NCBI GenBank assembly: GCA_020891255.1
Contig: BQFW01000004.1
Span: 2,837,439 to 2,901,438, forward strand
DNA from: Entomortierella parvispora E1425
Lineage: Eukaryota; Fungi; Mortierellomycota
Length of the DNA: 64,000 nucleotides
Direction: 5' to 3'
Of this stretch, positions 22,901 through 35,700 are shown piece after piece. The translations under genes were made by a program, and so were the position numbers. The notes under the pieces are model-generated. The model was not told where the DNA came from. It did no database searches and was given only the letters and a program-made list of their open reading frames with translations. How positions within the stretch are numbered: position 1 is the first letter of the stretch; each line of letters opens with the position of its first letter.

Positions 22901-25502
22901 CTAGTGAAATGCCTTCAACTTTGTCTGTTCAACCAGCTCCTGGATCCGCATCATAGCCGCATGGATTCGGATCGACAATCGGAACTCAAACTCATAGCCA
23001 GAATAACCAACAGCCTTGTCCCAGAATCCCTTGGCCCTTGTCCATTTCCGGTCACCATCCAAAGTCTTGTCCTCCATCCAACTGCCGACGCCAGCCTCCC
23101 AGCAAGCAAACGGAACGACCCACTTCTCCTCTGTGATCTTTCCTGATGAAAGCTCCAATACCCAGTTGAGGGATTCAGCACCTTCTTTGTGGCGGCCCAA
23201 TTGGTGCAAGATGGCTCCCTTGATGGTCTTGAGAACTGCCAAAGAATCCAAAGAGGTCGATCCCCGGTTCTTGCTGATCTGAGCCTCGACTTGGGACAGA
23301 CACTTCTTGAGTGCTTCCTGAGTCATGGAAGAGTAGGCGTTCCAGATCAAGAGAATCTCCAGCACCGGCAAGTTTGTATCTTCAAATGCATTTTGTTCAA
23401 ACAACTTGACTTTGCGGTTCACGTATTGCTCCACAAGGATCGTCCGTCCACCGAATTTACGGTTCACCAGTCCTGGAATCTGTTGATAGATGGGCAGAGC
23501 ATCCTTCTTGTTGCCACTTGCCTCCAAGCACGCAGCCTTGAAGTATAGGAAGAAGGCCTTTGACCAATAGTTCTCCTTGGCCAGACGCTCAAAGTACATG
23601 GTTGCTTCTGTCCACTGTAACAAGATTGCGCAATTCAAGCCCAATTCATAATCGCACAATCGCTGCAGCTCTGACCCCCATTCCTCAGTTGCTTTGCTGG
23701 ACGCCACTTCAAAGGCCTTTGTCGATTCCTCAGTGAGACCCTTGAGTCGATCGTTCCTGCCCTGGAAATACAAGAAAAACGCAGACTCTTTGTACTGGCC
23801 CAAGGCATCCTTGAGAATTTTGTCCGCAATTGGGATATTGTGTTCACCCAAGACAGACGGCGCAAATCCAGTCAGGATGGTATAGTAGGAAAGGTACATC
23901 AGGGACCCCAGAGGCGAGCGAATGCCTTTGCCATCAATGCACTTTGAGACCAAATCAAATCCAAAGGCCTTGTCTCCCGTGTATCCAAAAGACGAAATGA
24001 TGCGAAGAATCTTGGCCGGCATGGATGCTAGTACAATGTGGATTGTTCCAAGACTAACGATGAACACGGGAACAAAGTTAGAAAGAAGCAGCCTTTAGAA
24101 AGGGAGATACCACAGCATGGACTCTTTCCTTCAGCTCCATTGCAGCGCGATTGCCTCCTTACCCGAACTGGATTCCTCCCAAAGTATTCTTGTCTACGAG
24201 ACTGTCAACCTCGTCGCCCATGGACTTCAATTCGGCCCATACGTTCTCGTATGACTTGTAGCCTATATAGTAAAATATATTTGTTCAGCATGCAATCAAA
24301 GCCAAACGCAACACCGGAGCATCATGAAAACTTACCCTTTCTCAAGTTCAGCCCAGCCTTGAGATAACTCATGATACTCTCTTGAAGCAACAAAATCAAA
24401 GAGGTCAACAACAAACTCTCGGCTCGGACAACCCTGGCACGGATCTCGCCGTTGGTCATATGTTTTGGTGGAGGTGGGGGCGTCCCTGCGGGGGACTTGC
24501 TCTTGGTGTCTTTGTAGCCGAAATAACTCCAGCCGGACGAGACCAGTTTGGAAAGCGAGGTGGACAGGGGAATCGTCTTTTTAGGCGCAGCTTGGATTTG
24601 AGCATTGCAAAGGGTCTCTGTCTGCTGAAGGATCTTTATCGCACTCTGGATATCCGATTCGTTAAATGTCATGCATGCTGATGATAGTCGTGAGGAATGT
24701 AAAAAAAAAAAAAAAAAAATTAGATGCCTTGAACCAGCAGGATCAATTGGTATGAGATAGGTTGTTAACAGGACGTTTTTCGTATTACCTTTCATGAATG
24801 CGAGGGCGCCAGATCCAAGGGCATAGATCGGGTTCACCTGGTCCTGAGAGGCAAAGACCCGCTGTGCCTCAATAAACTCGTTTTCGAAAAAGATCTGCAC
24901 TCCGTGCAGCATGCCCTGGTCTAGATGGATGTCATATCAAAGGTGCGTCAGCTGCGGAACTATCGACGGGCGCAACCGTTGACGTGCGTGCAGAGCACGT
25001 TGGGAGCGGGAGGTAAGATTTTTCCAGACGGCGCTGTGGCACCATCGACCCAACAGGCAGGCAAGGGAGAAATTAATTGTCGCGTGCAACCACGCCCAAA
25101 CGGCATGCCTGTGATCAGGATGAGGGCAGGGCGAGGGTGCTGGTCGTCTGTCTGTCCAATGGCAGCCCATTGCTAAAGAGCTAGGTCGGCTCTTCCATTG
25201 GGTAATCGTCTCTTCATGGTTGAAGCCGTCATCTCCGAAAGCATGCAACGGTCACCGTTCTGCCCTGTCACTTTACCTGCTACTTCCTGTTCTTCGGCGA
25301 TCAACAAGTTGGCCTGCATCTTGGTTGCGCCATTAAAGGAAGATGCAGAGGATGAGGAGGCAGAATCCTCAAGACCGTCATCATCGTCGCCATGTAGAGC
25401 AGCATTCTTCAGCTCATCCTCCAGCTGTTTCATGACCCGGGCATCCGCATCGTCGGGGATGGAGGGGGAGCTCGGAGAAGCTGGGATCTGCTTGGAGGTC
25501 AT
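22901..25502 (-). CDS. IML2/TTC39-family TPR protein, 4 exons
   Basis: Segments are IFFENEF.EAQ, TFNESDIQSA, RARVVRAESLLL...QES..SYLKAGLNLRK, KIL..ISSFGYTGDK..G, WSKAFFLYFKAAC and YEFEFRL..RIHAA. Start is MTSKQIP at 25502. Confidence 0.85.
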
Positions 25503-25942
25503 TCAAGGAGTGAGGATGAGAGGCTCTAAAGGAGATGAACAAGACGAGGTTGGTGTCGTACTGGGTAAAGAGGAAGGAACGGATGCAGGAGCGAGAGTGA
25601 GAGAGGAGAGAGGAGAGAGGAGGAGAGAAAGGCGAAGGTTTGTGGAGAAGAAGGAAGAGAGCACTCACAGAGAAAGTCACTTCAATTTTTGCTGGGTGAC
25701 AGACGGTCCTTGCTCGCAGCCAACCATTGGCCATGCTCAACGCTGGCGGGGTTCCCATCCTATCCCATCCCTTGGAGGTTTCCAAAGCTGCAGTGCTGCA
25801 GTTACTTGCAAGTCGTGCTGACGAAGACGCCGCTGCCCCGGTGCAAGGGACAATGTGTATTATGTTCAATGCTTAGCTATAAGCGAATTCAATGCAGAGT
25901 ATGTGGAGTTGAGAGGGGAATGCTGGATGAGGATGATCTTTT

Positions 25943-27895
25943 CTAATTTGAGGACGGGGGCGGTATCGGAGGGCGAACATTCTTTCGCATCTTCTTGTTG
26001 ATGTCAACTTTTTCGGGCGTTCCATCTGGTTTGAGAGGAATGTTTTCAACCACGGCGTTCCCGGCTGGATCCCAGATGCAAAAGAGACCAACGGAATTAT
26101 CTTTATCATTGCAGGCCCTGGTTGCGCATCCGATCTGCGTTGTTCCTCGCCATACCATTTGCACAAAGTATTGGTAGACTAGAATGGAGAGCAAAATGAT
26201 TAGCAGCTGTACTTTTACTCTCTTGTTCTCTTTTTGTAGCAGAGAAGTGGAGGTCAGACATCCTTACCGCTGCTGCGAGTCGGATTGTTGTAATTGAAAA
26301 ATGAGCCTTCGTCGTACCAATTGCTGACAGCCTGACTGATGTCTGGGCCAGCGACCTTGTCTACATTCGTAATCAAAGCATAGGTCACTCCACGCTATTG
26401 TTCATAGTTGGCATGTCCCTGTAAGTATCTCTTGAAAACTTCAGTTGCAAAGAAGAAGAAGAAAAAAAAGAAAGGGACTTACTCGATCGCGTTCTTGGCT
26501 GTAGGGCATCATACATTGATTTTGAAGCCTCTTGGCTGACATGCGCGCCAGAGTCGCGTTCCAGGTCAACGGAGACGAATGGTGTTGGGCTCTTTTCTTG
26601 TTGATCAATGGCAGGATCGTGTTCTTGAGCGAGTCTGAAGGATTATTATCTACAGCTGCTCCTGATGGCTTGGTCGCTTCTCCATTCAAGTTATTGGGGG
26701 TTGGGTCGAAACCGGCTGTGGCCTTGACCTTGTCATGATCCTTGAGCTCCTCCGCAGGAGAGGGGAATGTCTTTGAAGCTTCATGATCTTCTACATTTGC
26801 ACCTTGCATGGACTTCCCCTCGGTCCCTGCAGGAGTGGTGTCCGTTGTAGTTGTGGGCGCTGTCACTTCAGTGACAGGGTCCTTATGATCCTCAGGCTTG
26901 GGGTCAACCACATCTTCTACATTTGCACTTTGCTTAGACTTCCCCTCGGTCCCTGCAGGAGCGGTGTCCGTTGGAGTTGTGGGCGCTGTCACTTCAGTGA
27001 CAGGGTCCTTATGATCCTCAGACTTGGGGTCAACCACTGTTTCAGGCGTGGCGACATCGACCTCTTTGGGGGCTTCTGCAGTAGGCGCGTCAGTTTTGGG
27101 GGAAGCAGACTCAACATCCTCCACTGCGGGCGAAAGTATAGATTCTGGTGGATTAGCACTATGAGCATTGACATGTGAAGTCTCAGCTGTAGCATCTTCC
27201 TGACCGTTGGGGGACGTATCGGCTGTTGCTTTCTCCAGTGCAAGGGACTTCGCTTTCTCCGCGTCTGGGGTCGAAGTGGCAGCTGGAGACTCTCCCTTAT
27301 TTTCAGGGGCGGGAGAGTTGGCCTTATCTTCCTTGACAGGGACAGCGGCTAACGACTCCGTGGGCGGCGATGGTGATTGGGTAAGAGCGGTCTCGTCTTT
27401 GGTACCTTCGATCGCCTGTGATTGGGATCCCTCTGGCGTCGTCGTCGTTGTTGTCGCGTCTTCTTTCTCAACAGCTGCTGCATTTGAGTCAACTTTGGGA
27501 TTAGAGTCCTCGGGAGCCTTTGCAGGTTGTTCGTCAGTCGTTACTGGGGTCGTAGCGGACTCTACCACGGGACCTGCAGGGGCGTTCCCTTGAGTGATAT
27601 CTATATTATTGCTTGTCTTTGGGGTTGCCTGGAGGTCATCGGCCATAGTGGCAACAGTGTCTTCCACGCGCGGTGACGGGGAAGAAATCAATGATTCCGT
27701 CTTGGGAGCATCCATTCCTGAAGTATTGGTACTGTCAGGCAAGACTGCCAGAGACTGTGGTGAAGGTGAGGCGGCAATGCCATCTACACCAGTTTGTTCA
27801 AGGACAGGAAGGGGTCGTCCTGTTACCCCCCGTGTCACCAATGAGAGTGTGATCAAGATCAGGGCAAAAAGACATTGGTAGGAATAGGTTTTCAT
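25943..27895 (-). CDS. Secreted protein with a long Thr/Pro/Ala/Glu-rich region and a C-terminal CAP/SCP (PR-1-like) domain, 3 exons (26483-27895, 26268-26394, 25943-26178)
   Basis: The signal peptide is MKTYSYQCLFALILITLSLV. CAP motifs are INKKRAQH, LTWNATLA, NWYDE, QMVWRGTTQIGCA and FCIWDPAGN. Splicing to the AG at 26395-26396 removes an apparent in-frame TAG. Confidence 0.8.
26787..27038 (-). repeat. Coding 126-bp (42-aa) tandem duplication
   Basis: EDHKDPVTEVTAPTT.TDT.PAGTEGKS.Q.ANVED occurs twice; tcttctacatttgcac is at 26787 and 26913. Confidence 0.92.
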
Positions 27896-27999
27896 GGTGA
27901 AAAATGGTGGCCGTTATACGCGAGGCGCTGAATGAGGGATGAAGAACAAGAAAGGTAGATAGACAGAGGTTGCTGCTCCAGGAGCAGAGAGTGCGCGTC

Positions 28000-28005
28000 T
28001 TTATA
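28000..28005 (-). promoter_or_regulatory. Candidate TATA box for the CAP gene
   Basis: TATAAA on the minus strand ~105 bp upstream of the ATG. Confidence 0.4.
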
Positions 28006-30318
28006 TCAAGAGTGTCGCTGCTAAGAAGGTGGATGGAGAGAGGGGTCAAGGAGGTTCTGGGGCGTACACAACAGTTGTTGTTGGGCCTAATCGCCCATCT
28101 CGGCGTCTTTCACCTGATCCTTGCACTCTTATTCAGGGACTGTGCATGCACACATCCTGGTATGTCAAAAGAGAAAAAAAAAAGAAGTGAGGCAAAAACA
28201 TGACGGAGACGGCCTAGTCGAGGGGTCAAGGAGAGGAAAACTGTTGATGGCTACTTGGATCCATGATGAGCGCCACTGCAATCTTCCCTTTTTTCCAGTT
28301 GTTGATCCCTGAATCTTTACTGGGATTTTGTCTAGGAGGCGTATGACGATTGGTCCATTGGGGTAGATGAGGGCAGCAATGGTGCTTCGGCGCTTTTGCG
28401 CTTTTATTCTCAATCAGGAAGAAAAGAACATATCCCACCTGCAACTTCCAAAGCAATGCAAGGAGAGGCCGTGTATGAGAATATACCGATGCTAAGATTT
28501 AGCGCAGGGCAGCGAGAGCTAGGTGTCGATGACCTAGCCCGTGGTAGGTCCTGCAGCGTCCGGTTACGAAAACGTCCTACATGTGCGTCAGCCATTTTAA
28601 CTTCCATTATCTGTCCCGAGGGGGAGATGAATCTCAACGGCCCAAAGTCCAGGCACGTTGCACGCAATGCACAAATCGGAAAAAGTTGGCTGGGGGGATA
28701 CAGGGCGAGGGCGGGCAGGGGAGGCAGCAGAGCAGGCGCAGATACAAGATTATCAAGATTTATTGTGATGCGACCAAAACAAAAGCAACAACCAAGAGAA
28801 AACACTTCCATTAGCCCATTCTCACCAGTCGGTGGATTGTTGTGGAGAAGCAATTCGGATAAAAGGTGAGAGAGCGTGTGGAGAGAGAGGGTCTGCGCGA
28901 CGCGTCTGTTCAATGAACTTTGATTGCACCACCTTTGCTGTCCCCCCCATTCAGAGGCGCGTGCAGTCGAAAACATGGATGACAATCCTTTCTTGTTTTT
29001 CCTTACCTCAGAAAGAGACAAACAAAGGGGTTTCCTCGTTCATTCCTTGTGCGCCCTTACTCATGAAGAAGCTGTCTGCATTAGGGCTCGCGCAGCAGAA
29101 GATTTTCAGGGCAAACTGCATCGAGTTTTTTTTTTTGCTCTCACTTTGGAAGGCTCCTCCCACAATTCACAAAAAAGGATATGTTTGTCCCTGTCGCAGA
29201 ATATTTGCTCCATTTTGTACGCTGCTTCTCAAATGGGGCTTTGCCTTTCCCATGTCGCATTGCATCCCTGACGATGATTGTTCTTCGTGCAGAAGACACG
29301 CCCATAGAGGGGCGAGAAAGATGAACCACAGATAAAGGTGGTCTTGGGAGGGGGCCTGACTTTCTGCTTTGTTTGGTTTTTCTGGTCCGAAGAGTGACGC
29401 GCTTGGACCTTCTAGTTTTCTGAAAAGAGATGCAACATGTGCATGTAGCCCGCTGGTATATTGTATTGCGTATGAAAGATGACAAAGTTTTTTTTTTGCC
29501 CATTGAGCTTTTCCTTTCGTGCCCAGACTTGACTTCGAACAGGACAGAGAGAGAGAGTGGGATCTGAACAAAGCCCATGGGTGAACTGTGAGAGCCGAGG
29601 AAGGATTGGTCGATTGGTCGAGAACAACAATGGATGAGAGAAGGTATTGTAGACTACATGCGCCTGTACAGTTAAGAAGGTCATGCTGTTGTGTTTTTGT
29701 TTTCGAGCAAGAGACATTTGTTGTGTTCACTTCATCTGCAAAACAACGGTTTTTCATGTCTCCTCCCTTGTGGAATGTTTGTGTGCCTGCTCCAAGAGAA
29801 GTTTGAGCCCTTAGCTCAGACGGGAGCTCGTTCTTCCTTTTTCGCCCTCTCCCGTTCACATCGCTTGCAGTCCGCCAGCTCTCCTCCCACACTCTGCCAA
29901 GATGGGCGCGAGGTGCTCTTTACGACAGCAATGGGCGGGAGACAGGGCGGAGAACTAGTCAGAGCAGAACTCTTCCCCCAACCAGCCTTGTCTTGTCTCG
30001 ATCATCTGGGTCTGAGTTACTGCTACAACTTGATGGCAACATGAAAAGATGGATGAATGGTATTGTAGTGCTGTTTGTTGACAGTCAAACAGGCACAAGC
30101 ACTTTCGACCTTGTGTCTCCACTCATCCTGCACTCGCTAAAGAGGCTGGCCACAAGAAAGTTCGAACCCCACGCCTGTTGATCTCCTGTTCCTTGTTGCG
30201 CTCCTTCGCAGTCTGTTGATTGAATGACTCTACTCTGCTCGTCTTGTTCTCACACCACCTCACCTTGCCCTTCTCATTATCGCTCCACTCGCGACTGGAC
30301 TGCCCCCTCGCCAAGGTG

Positions 30319-30324
30319 TATAAA
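30319..30324 (+). promoter_or_regulatory. Candidate TATA box for the DUF3712-like gene
   Basis: gTATAAAg ~125 bp upstream of the ATG, followed by a CT-rich leader. Confidence 0.45.
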
Positions 30325-30446
30325 GACAGGCCTTGCCCCCGACTCTTTTTTTTCTTTTCTTTTCTTTCTTGTTCTTCAGATTTTCATCTCTAACCAATCC
30401 CTACCCCAACCTCCTCCCCTTCTTCCTCACCCGTCCCATCCCTACC

Positions 30447-32336
30447 ATGAAGTTCTCTCTGAAGGCTGTTGCCCTCGGCGCTCTGTTCGTCTCAGCTGCC
30501 GTTGCTGCACCCATCGATATTGAAAAGCGCGATGCCGACTCTGACCGAATTGCTGCCTGCTTTATCAAGTAAGGAACATCAACAATGACTCCGAGGGGTG
30601 GGTCGCTTGGGAAGTTTGTGCAAAAATACCCAGCACAACAGCGAACCAAGCACAACCTCGCCCTGCGCGTTAAATGCACGCAGCGCAAAGTAATGGATTG
30701 TTGTTCCCCCTCACCTTCATTTACTTTTTGTCCCCTCTACTGACGATTCTGTTTCTCCTTGTTTTTTTCCTATGTTCATAGTCTCCTCCTCACCGGTTCT
30801 TGGCCAGGAAGCTGTCAGGCTGCTGTTGCGGTAAGTCAACATCTTCAAGTCTCTCACCTCTTGTCTTGTTTGATTGAAAAAAAATGTATTTGCAATGGAC
30901 TGACAATGTTTCTTTCAACCATTTGTCTCGCTCTGGCTCGCGTTCGCTCTCCTTGGTCAATGTCCATTGAAAAACCCCTTCCTCAGATCAACCTTGGCTT
31001 GATCAAGACCATCTCCATCAACCAAATGTCCATGGACTTTACGGGCTCCAACCCCTGGGCACCTACGACCTCGTCTAATAGCGTTGTTGCCACGATGCTC
31101 TCCATCCCCGGCATCACCCTTCCCATTGACTCTGTCCAACAGCACATCATTCTGGTCGACGGTGGTGTCCAACTCGGAAACATTGATACCCCCTGGAGCG
31201 CAGCCAGTGTCAGTGGTGGCACTTTGACGACCTCGTTCAGTTCGTCCACCTTGAACGTTTTCTCCACAGCGCAAGCTGCCTTCTCCAACTTCATCAGCGC
31301 CTTGTCCACCACGGCCTCTCACCCCGTGACCCTCCAGGGAGCCGTCGATGTCAAGCTGAACCTCGGTATCTTTGGTCAGTTGACCATCCCCGGTATCGGC
31401 TTCGAGGCCACGACCCAATTCGAGGGCTTGAACAACCTCCAGGACATGACCTACATCTTCCAGGTCAACTCTGACTTCACGTCCGATCCAGGTGCGATTA
31501 TTTTGGAGTCGATCATCAAGATCCACAACCCCACCGACCTGAGCCTGAACCTTGGCACAGTAAACTTTGCCACGGCCTCTGGTGCTGGCCCCGTCGGTAA
31601 CTCGACCATCACTGGTTTGAGCTTGGTTCCAGGAGATAACTTGGTTGCTGCTGCCACGGTCTTGGATCAGTCCCTCCCTGCTGGAGCTGCTTTCTTGGGA
31701 CAGCTCTTTGGTGGTGTTAACCAGACCCTTGTCTTGACCGGATACAGCGAGACTTCTTCCAATGTGGCCTTGAACGCCGGATTGGCCGCTCTCAAGTCTA
31801 ACCTCTTCATCCCCGGTGGACTGGCCGGTTTGAACATCTCCCAGCCTCCATACCTGAACTGGTCCTTGAAGACAACTCCCACGACCAACACGGATTTGAT
31901 CCTCCAGGCCACCGCCACATTCCAGTCTCCTTACTACGGATTCCCCTTGCAGATGGTCTCGCCCGGTGCTGGTTTCTCGCTTGCCCAGGTCATCAACGTC
32001 TCTTTCCAGGCTGATGGCACGACTCTGTTCAACTTCATGGACGATCTCACTTACACCGTCCAGGGCACTGATCAGGTCACCGTCACCTTCGGAGTCCAGA
32101 TCTCGAGCACGCCCTTGACCGCTGGCGCGAAGCCTCTTTGGGTTGACATTGTCAATTACGCTACTGCTCACGGCAACATCCCTGTCAACTTCCAGTTTGT
32201 TGCCAACATGATCTTCAACAACAATGGCGATGTCCAGAGCTTTGACATCTCCAACTTGTCCTTGGGCATGGCTCCCACCAACATCGCCGTCGGCTCCGAC
32301 TTCCCCTCCATCTTGAACGCTTTCCCCTCTTCCTAA
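30447..32336 (+). CDS. Secreted DUF3712-like protein, 3 exons (30447-30568, 30782-30830, 30987-32336)
   Basis: The signal peptide MKFSLKAVALGALFVSAAVA is followed by a Kex2-like IEKR site. The beta-rich segment LPIDSVQQHIILVDGGVQLGNIDTPWS...FSNFISAL...TLQGAVDV...IPGIGF...GLNNL resembles DUF3712. Codon bias is strong. The family call is by recall. Confidence 0.7.
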
Positions 32337-32740
32337 GCGTTTCCTCTCATATATATCCGCTCTATCTTATACCATTGCTTCCCTTTCCTCCTCATCCTCC
32401 ACCCATCTATAAAATTATCATCAGATGGAAAATAAAAAAAGAGCACAACCAAATTGCAACGATCTACTCTCTGTGGTACTGCATGTCACTGTCAAAATGC
32501 TGAAAACCTGTTGCCACTCGTCCACTTTTGTCTTCCATCGACCCCATTGCCTCAAATAACAGATCAATTGCTCCTCACAATCTCTCACTATTGTTCACCA
32601 TGTGTCTGTTGGTTTGATGCCAATATTATTATAGTAGAGTAGCGAGCTGTAGATGATTATGGGCTAGGCCAGCTGTGAAAGAAGAATATACGGAAAATGA
32701 CGAGTGAACCATCTCGATGACACATTACTGACGTCTGTTG

Positions 32741-35700
32741 TTAGAATCCTGCGCTCCTCATCAGGTCTGCACCACTGGCGGTCGGTTTTGGAGGCTTCAT
32801 CTTTTTCAAAAAGCTCTTTTCCTTCTTGCCATCTTTTTCCTTGTCCTTGTCTTTACCGCTGCTCTTGCTGCTACCAGAGATCGATTCAGCGGCAGCCTGC
32901 TGTTTCGGTTGTTGTTGTTGTTGTTGTTGTTGTTGCTGCTGCTGTTGCTGGTGCATCTGTTGCTGTTTGGCCAGGTACCGTTGATGCTGCAGTCGATGCT
33001 GCTCCATCACCATCATTTCCTGACCGCGAAGATGTTCTTGTTCATACAATAGCTGCTGTTGTTGCAAGTACTCTTGTTGTTGTGCAAGATACAGCTGTTG
33101 CTGCTGTTGCGGTGACAGTGGTAGTTGTTGGAGTTGCTGCTGGTATTCCTCAAAGCCACTAGGTGCGCTCAGTGATCCAAATGGATGTTGTTGGAATGAG
33201 GGCGAGATTGGCGAGGGGTAGGCAGCTTGGTAAACAATCGCCTGTTGCTGTTGCTGCTGCTGCTGTTGTCGGAGGTAACCATTCGAACCGCCGCTTGATG
33301 TACTCATATAGCTTGCAGCGTAGTTGTTGACCCCATTGTTGTAACCATACGCTGCGCGCATCGCAGTCGACTGCCCGTTCTCATAGTCCTCAGGGGCTGT
33401 CGAGGGAGGTTGAGGTCGCTGTGCTCCTGTATACTGTTGATAGAGTCCATCGACAAGCATCTGCCCTCCGTCAGTGTTGATACTATGAATTGATTCTGCT
33501 CGCTGATGATGCTGGATTTGTTGCGGCTGCTGGAACGAGTGAAGATGGACAAGAGGTTGCTCCAGCTGTTGCTGTTGTGGCTGGAATGGCTGGGACAGAG
33601 GTAATGTCGGCAATTGTGGGTGATGATGCTGAGGTCGCTCCGGGTGTGGAGGGCGGGTAGGAGGTTGTGGAACGCTGCCACTATGGCCGCGAGCTACGTT
33701 CGCTGAAAGCCTTTTATGAACGCTCACTGGGGAGACGTTTCCTTTCATGGCGGGAATCGGAGGGAACTCCATTTTGCCATCCACTGTTTCTCTAGGGAGC
33801 ACGGGCGGTGGTTGCAAAGCTGGAGGCTGTTGCATAGGCGCGGCTACTGCTGCGCTCGTCATCATGGCCATGGCCACTGCTCGAGCCTGCAGACCAAGTT
33901 CGCCTGCCATCAGGGCCACAGTATGGATTCGGATCGGATTCTGGGCCACCATCGCGTGCAAAGCATCCATCGTCAAAGCGTACAGTCCATTGAGCTCATA
34001 CTTTCTTGCCAGTATCAGTAGGTAATCCGCCACTCCTGCAGTGATGTTAGGTAATGCTCCTGTGTAGATGTAGTGCAGAAATACAGGCACAACCTCATCT
34101 GGCACAGGCAGTGTCAGGATCAACGGCGTCACATATGGAGGAGAGAGGAGCAATGTCGAGAATTCTGGCCAGCGCGTGGCCAAAACAGTTGAGCATGCTC
34201 CAAACAAAGCACCTGATGATGAGGCAACGTGCATGTCGCTCAGGCTTGGGTTGAGCAATAGGTCCGAGCCTAGATCCTGTCCACATTGAGGCAAAGAAGG
34301 AATCGGCCGTTCGTACAGTCCATAGGCTTGCAAATTGATCATCATCAGGTGGTCGTGGTGTTGAAGTCTGTTGGAATAGTCTGCCTCCGCATCCGAATGG
34401 TAGTTTCCAAAAACCAACAGTGTTCCTGTAGCAGGGTGCAAAACTGTCCTGTTCCAAGATCCAATCTCCAGAGTCGTATCCGTTGAGAGCTGCTCCCACT
34501 TGTAGTGAGTCAGGTTGAAGGCGTAAATGGCCAAGGTTGGTTTCTTGCCAGGGGCCATCAAAGTCCCGCTGATGATCAATTGGTTCTGGTAGACATGACC
34601 CTGAGGGAACCGAAGGCCTGGTGGAAGCTCATGGCCCATCATGTTCAATGCTTGAGATTTCTCGACCAGTGAAAACGATGGCGGGGGCGAGGATAGTGCT
34701 GGCTGGTCAGTATAGGGTGGAGGCGGGTGGGTATAGTGTGGTGTAATGACTTTGAGCTCACGCTGTAGGTGCTGAAAATTGAAGTTGGAGTACAGGTATA
34801 TGGACGGGACCTCCCGGCCGGTTCGGAACGCTGGCGTGAGCTCGCCGCTCATTAGCCTCTCTTGATACTTTTTTTGCTGCGTGTCCCTGGAGGAAGAGTC
34901 TGAAGATTCAGAATCCTCACCTTCCTTGGCTGATGAGGTTGATTGACTGGATGGCGCCGAGATTTGACCGCTAAGGACCATAGAGATGCTGGCCATGGCA
35001 TCCACTGGTCCAGACTCAGGCCAGGCCAGGTTGGCCGAGGTCTGAGGAGATGAGGCGCCGGAGGAGGGGAATGAGGGCGATGCAGGCTCACTCATGGTCG
35101 ACGACTGTTTGCTTGGACCTGTTGCCGCGACCGTCCTATATGTGCCACACTGGCCAATGTTTTGCATGGAGGCGACCCACTCCCAAGTCTGCAAGTCTAG
35201 CACGCAAGCATCTTCGACGTACGCCTTGAGAGTGTCTGTTCCACCGATCACGACCAGGTAATGATCAAGAACCGTGGCCATATGAGCCCAACGAGGTTTG
35301 GGCGAGTGCTGGTTTACGGGCGGGTGTTTTTGTTGCCATCTTTGGGTGATAATGTCGTAGACATGGAGGTCGTTCAGTGCCTCCAGATGTCCTGATGGTG
35401 GATCAGAAGATCCTTCGTCCTTGTTACTTCCATCATTTGCGTTCTCCTCGTCTTCGTCTCCGCGGACCTTGCCCATGCCCCCAAAGAGAATCAGAGAGGT
35501 CCCATATGCATTTAAAGTATGAAAATAGCGCGGCTGGGGCGGTAACGAAAGTTCGTCCGAGAGTGATCCTGAACTGGTCTCGACCGGGTCGGTGGTCAAG
35601 GACAGTGAGAGCATGGTGGTAGAGTCCTTTGTTGATGCTGTTGTCCCAGGTTGTGTTGCGGCCTGAAGTGTCTCCCAGCAGCCTGTATTCACGTCGAGCA

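Noticed and set aside
26395-26420. Apparent in-frame TAG in the CAP gene, suggesting a pseudogene or readthrough
   Set aside because: The TAG doubles as a phase-compatible splice acceptor, which gives an intact frame.
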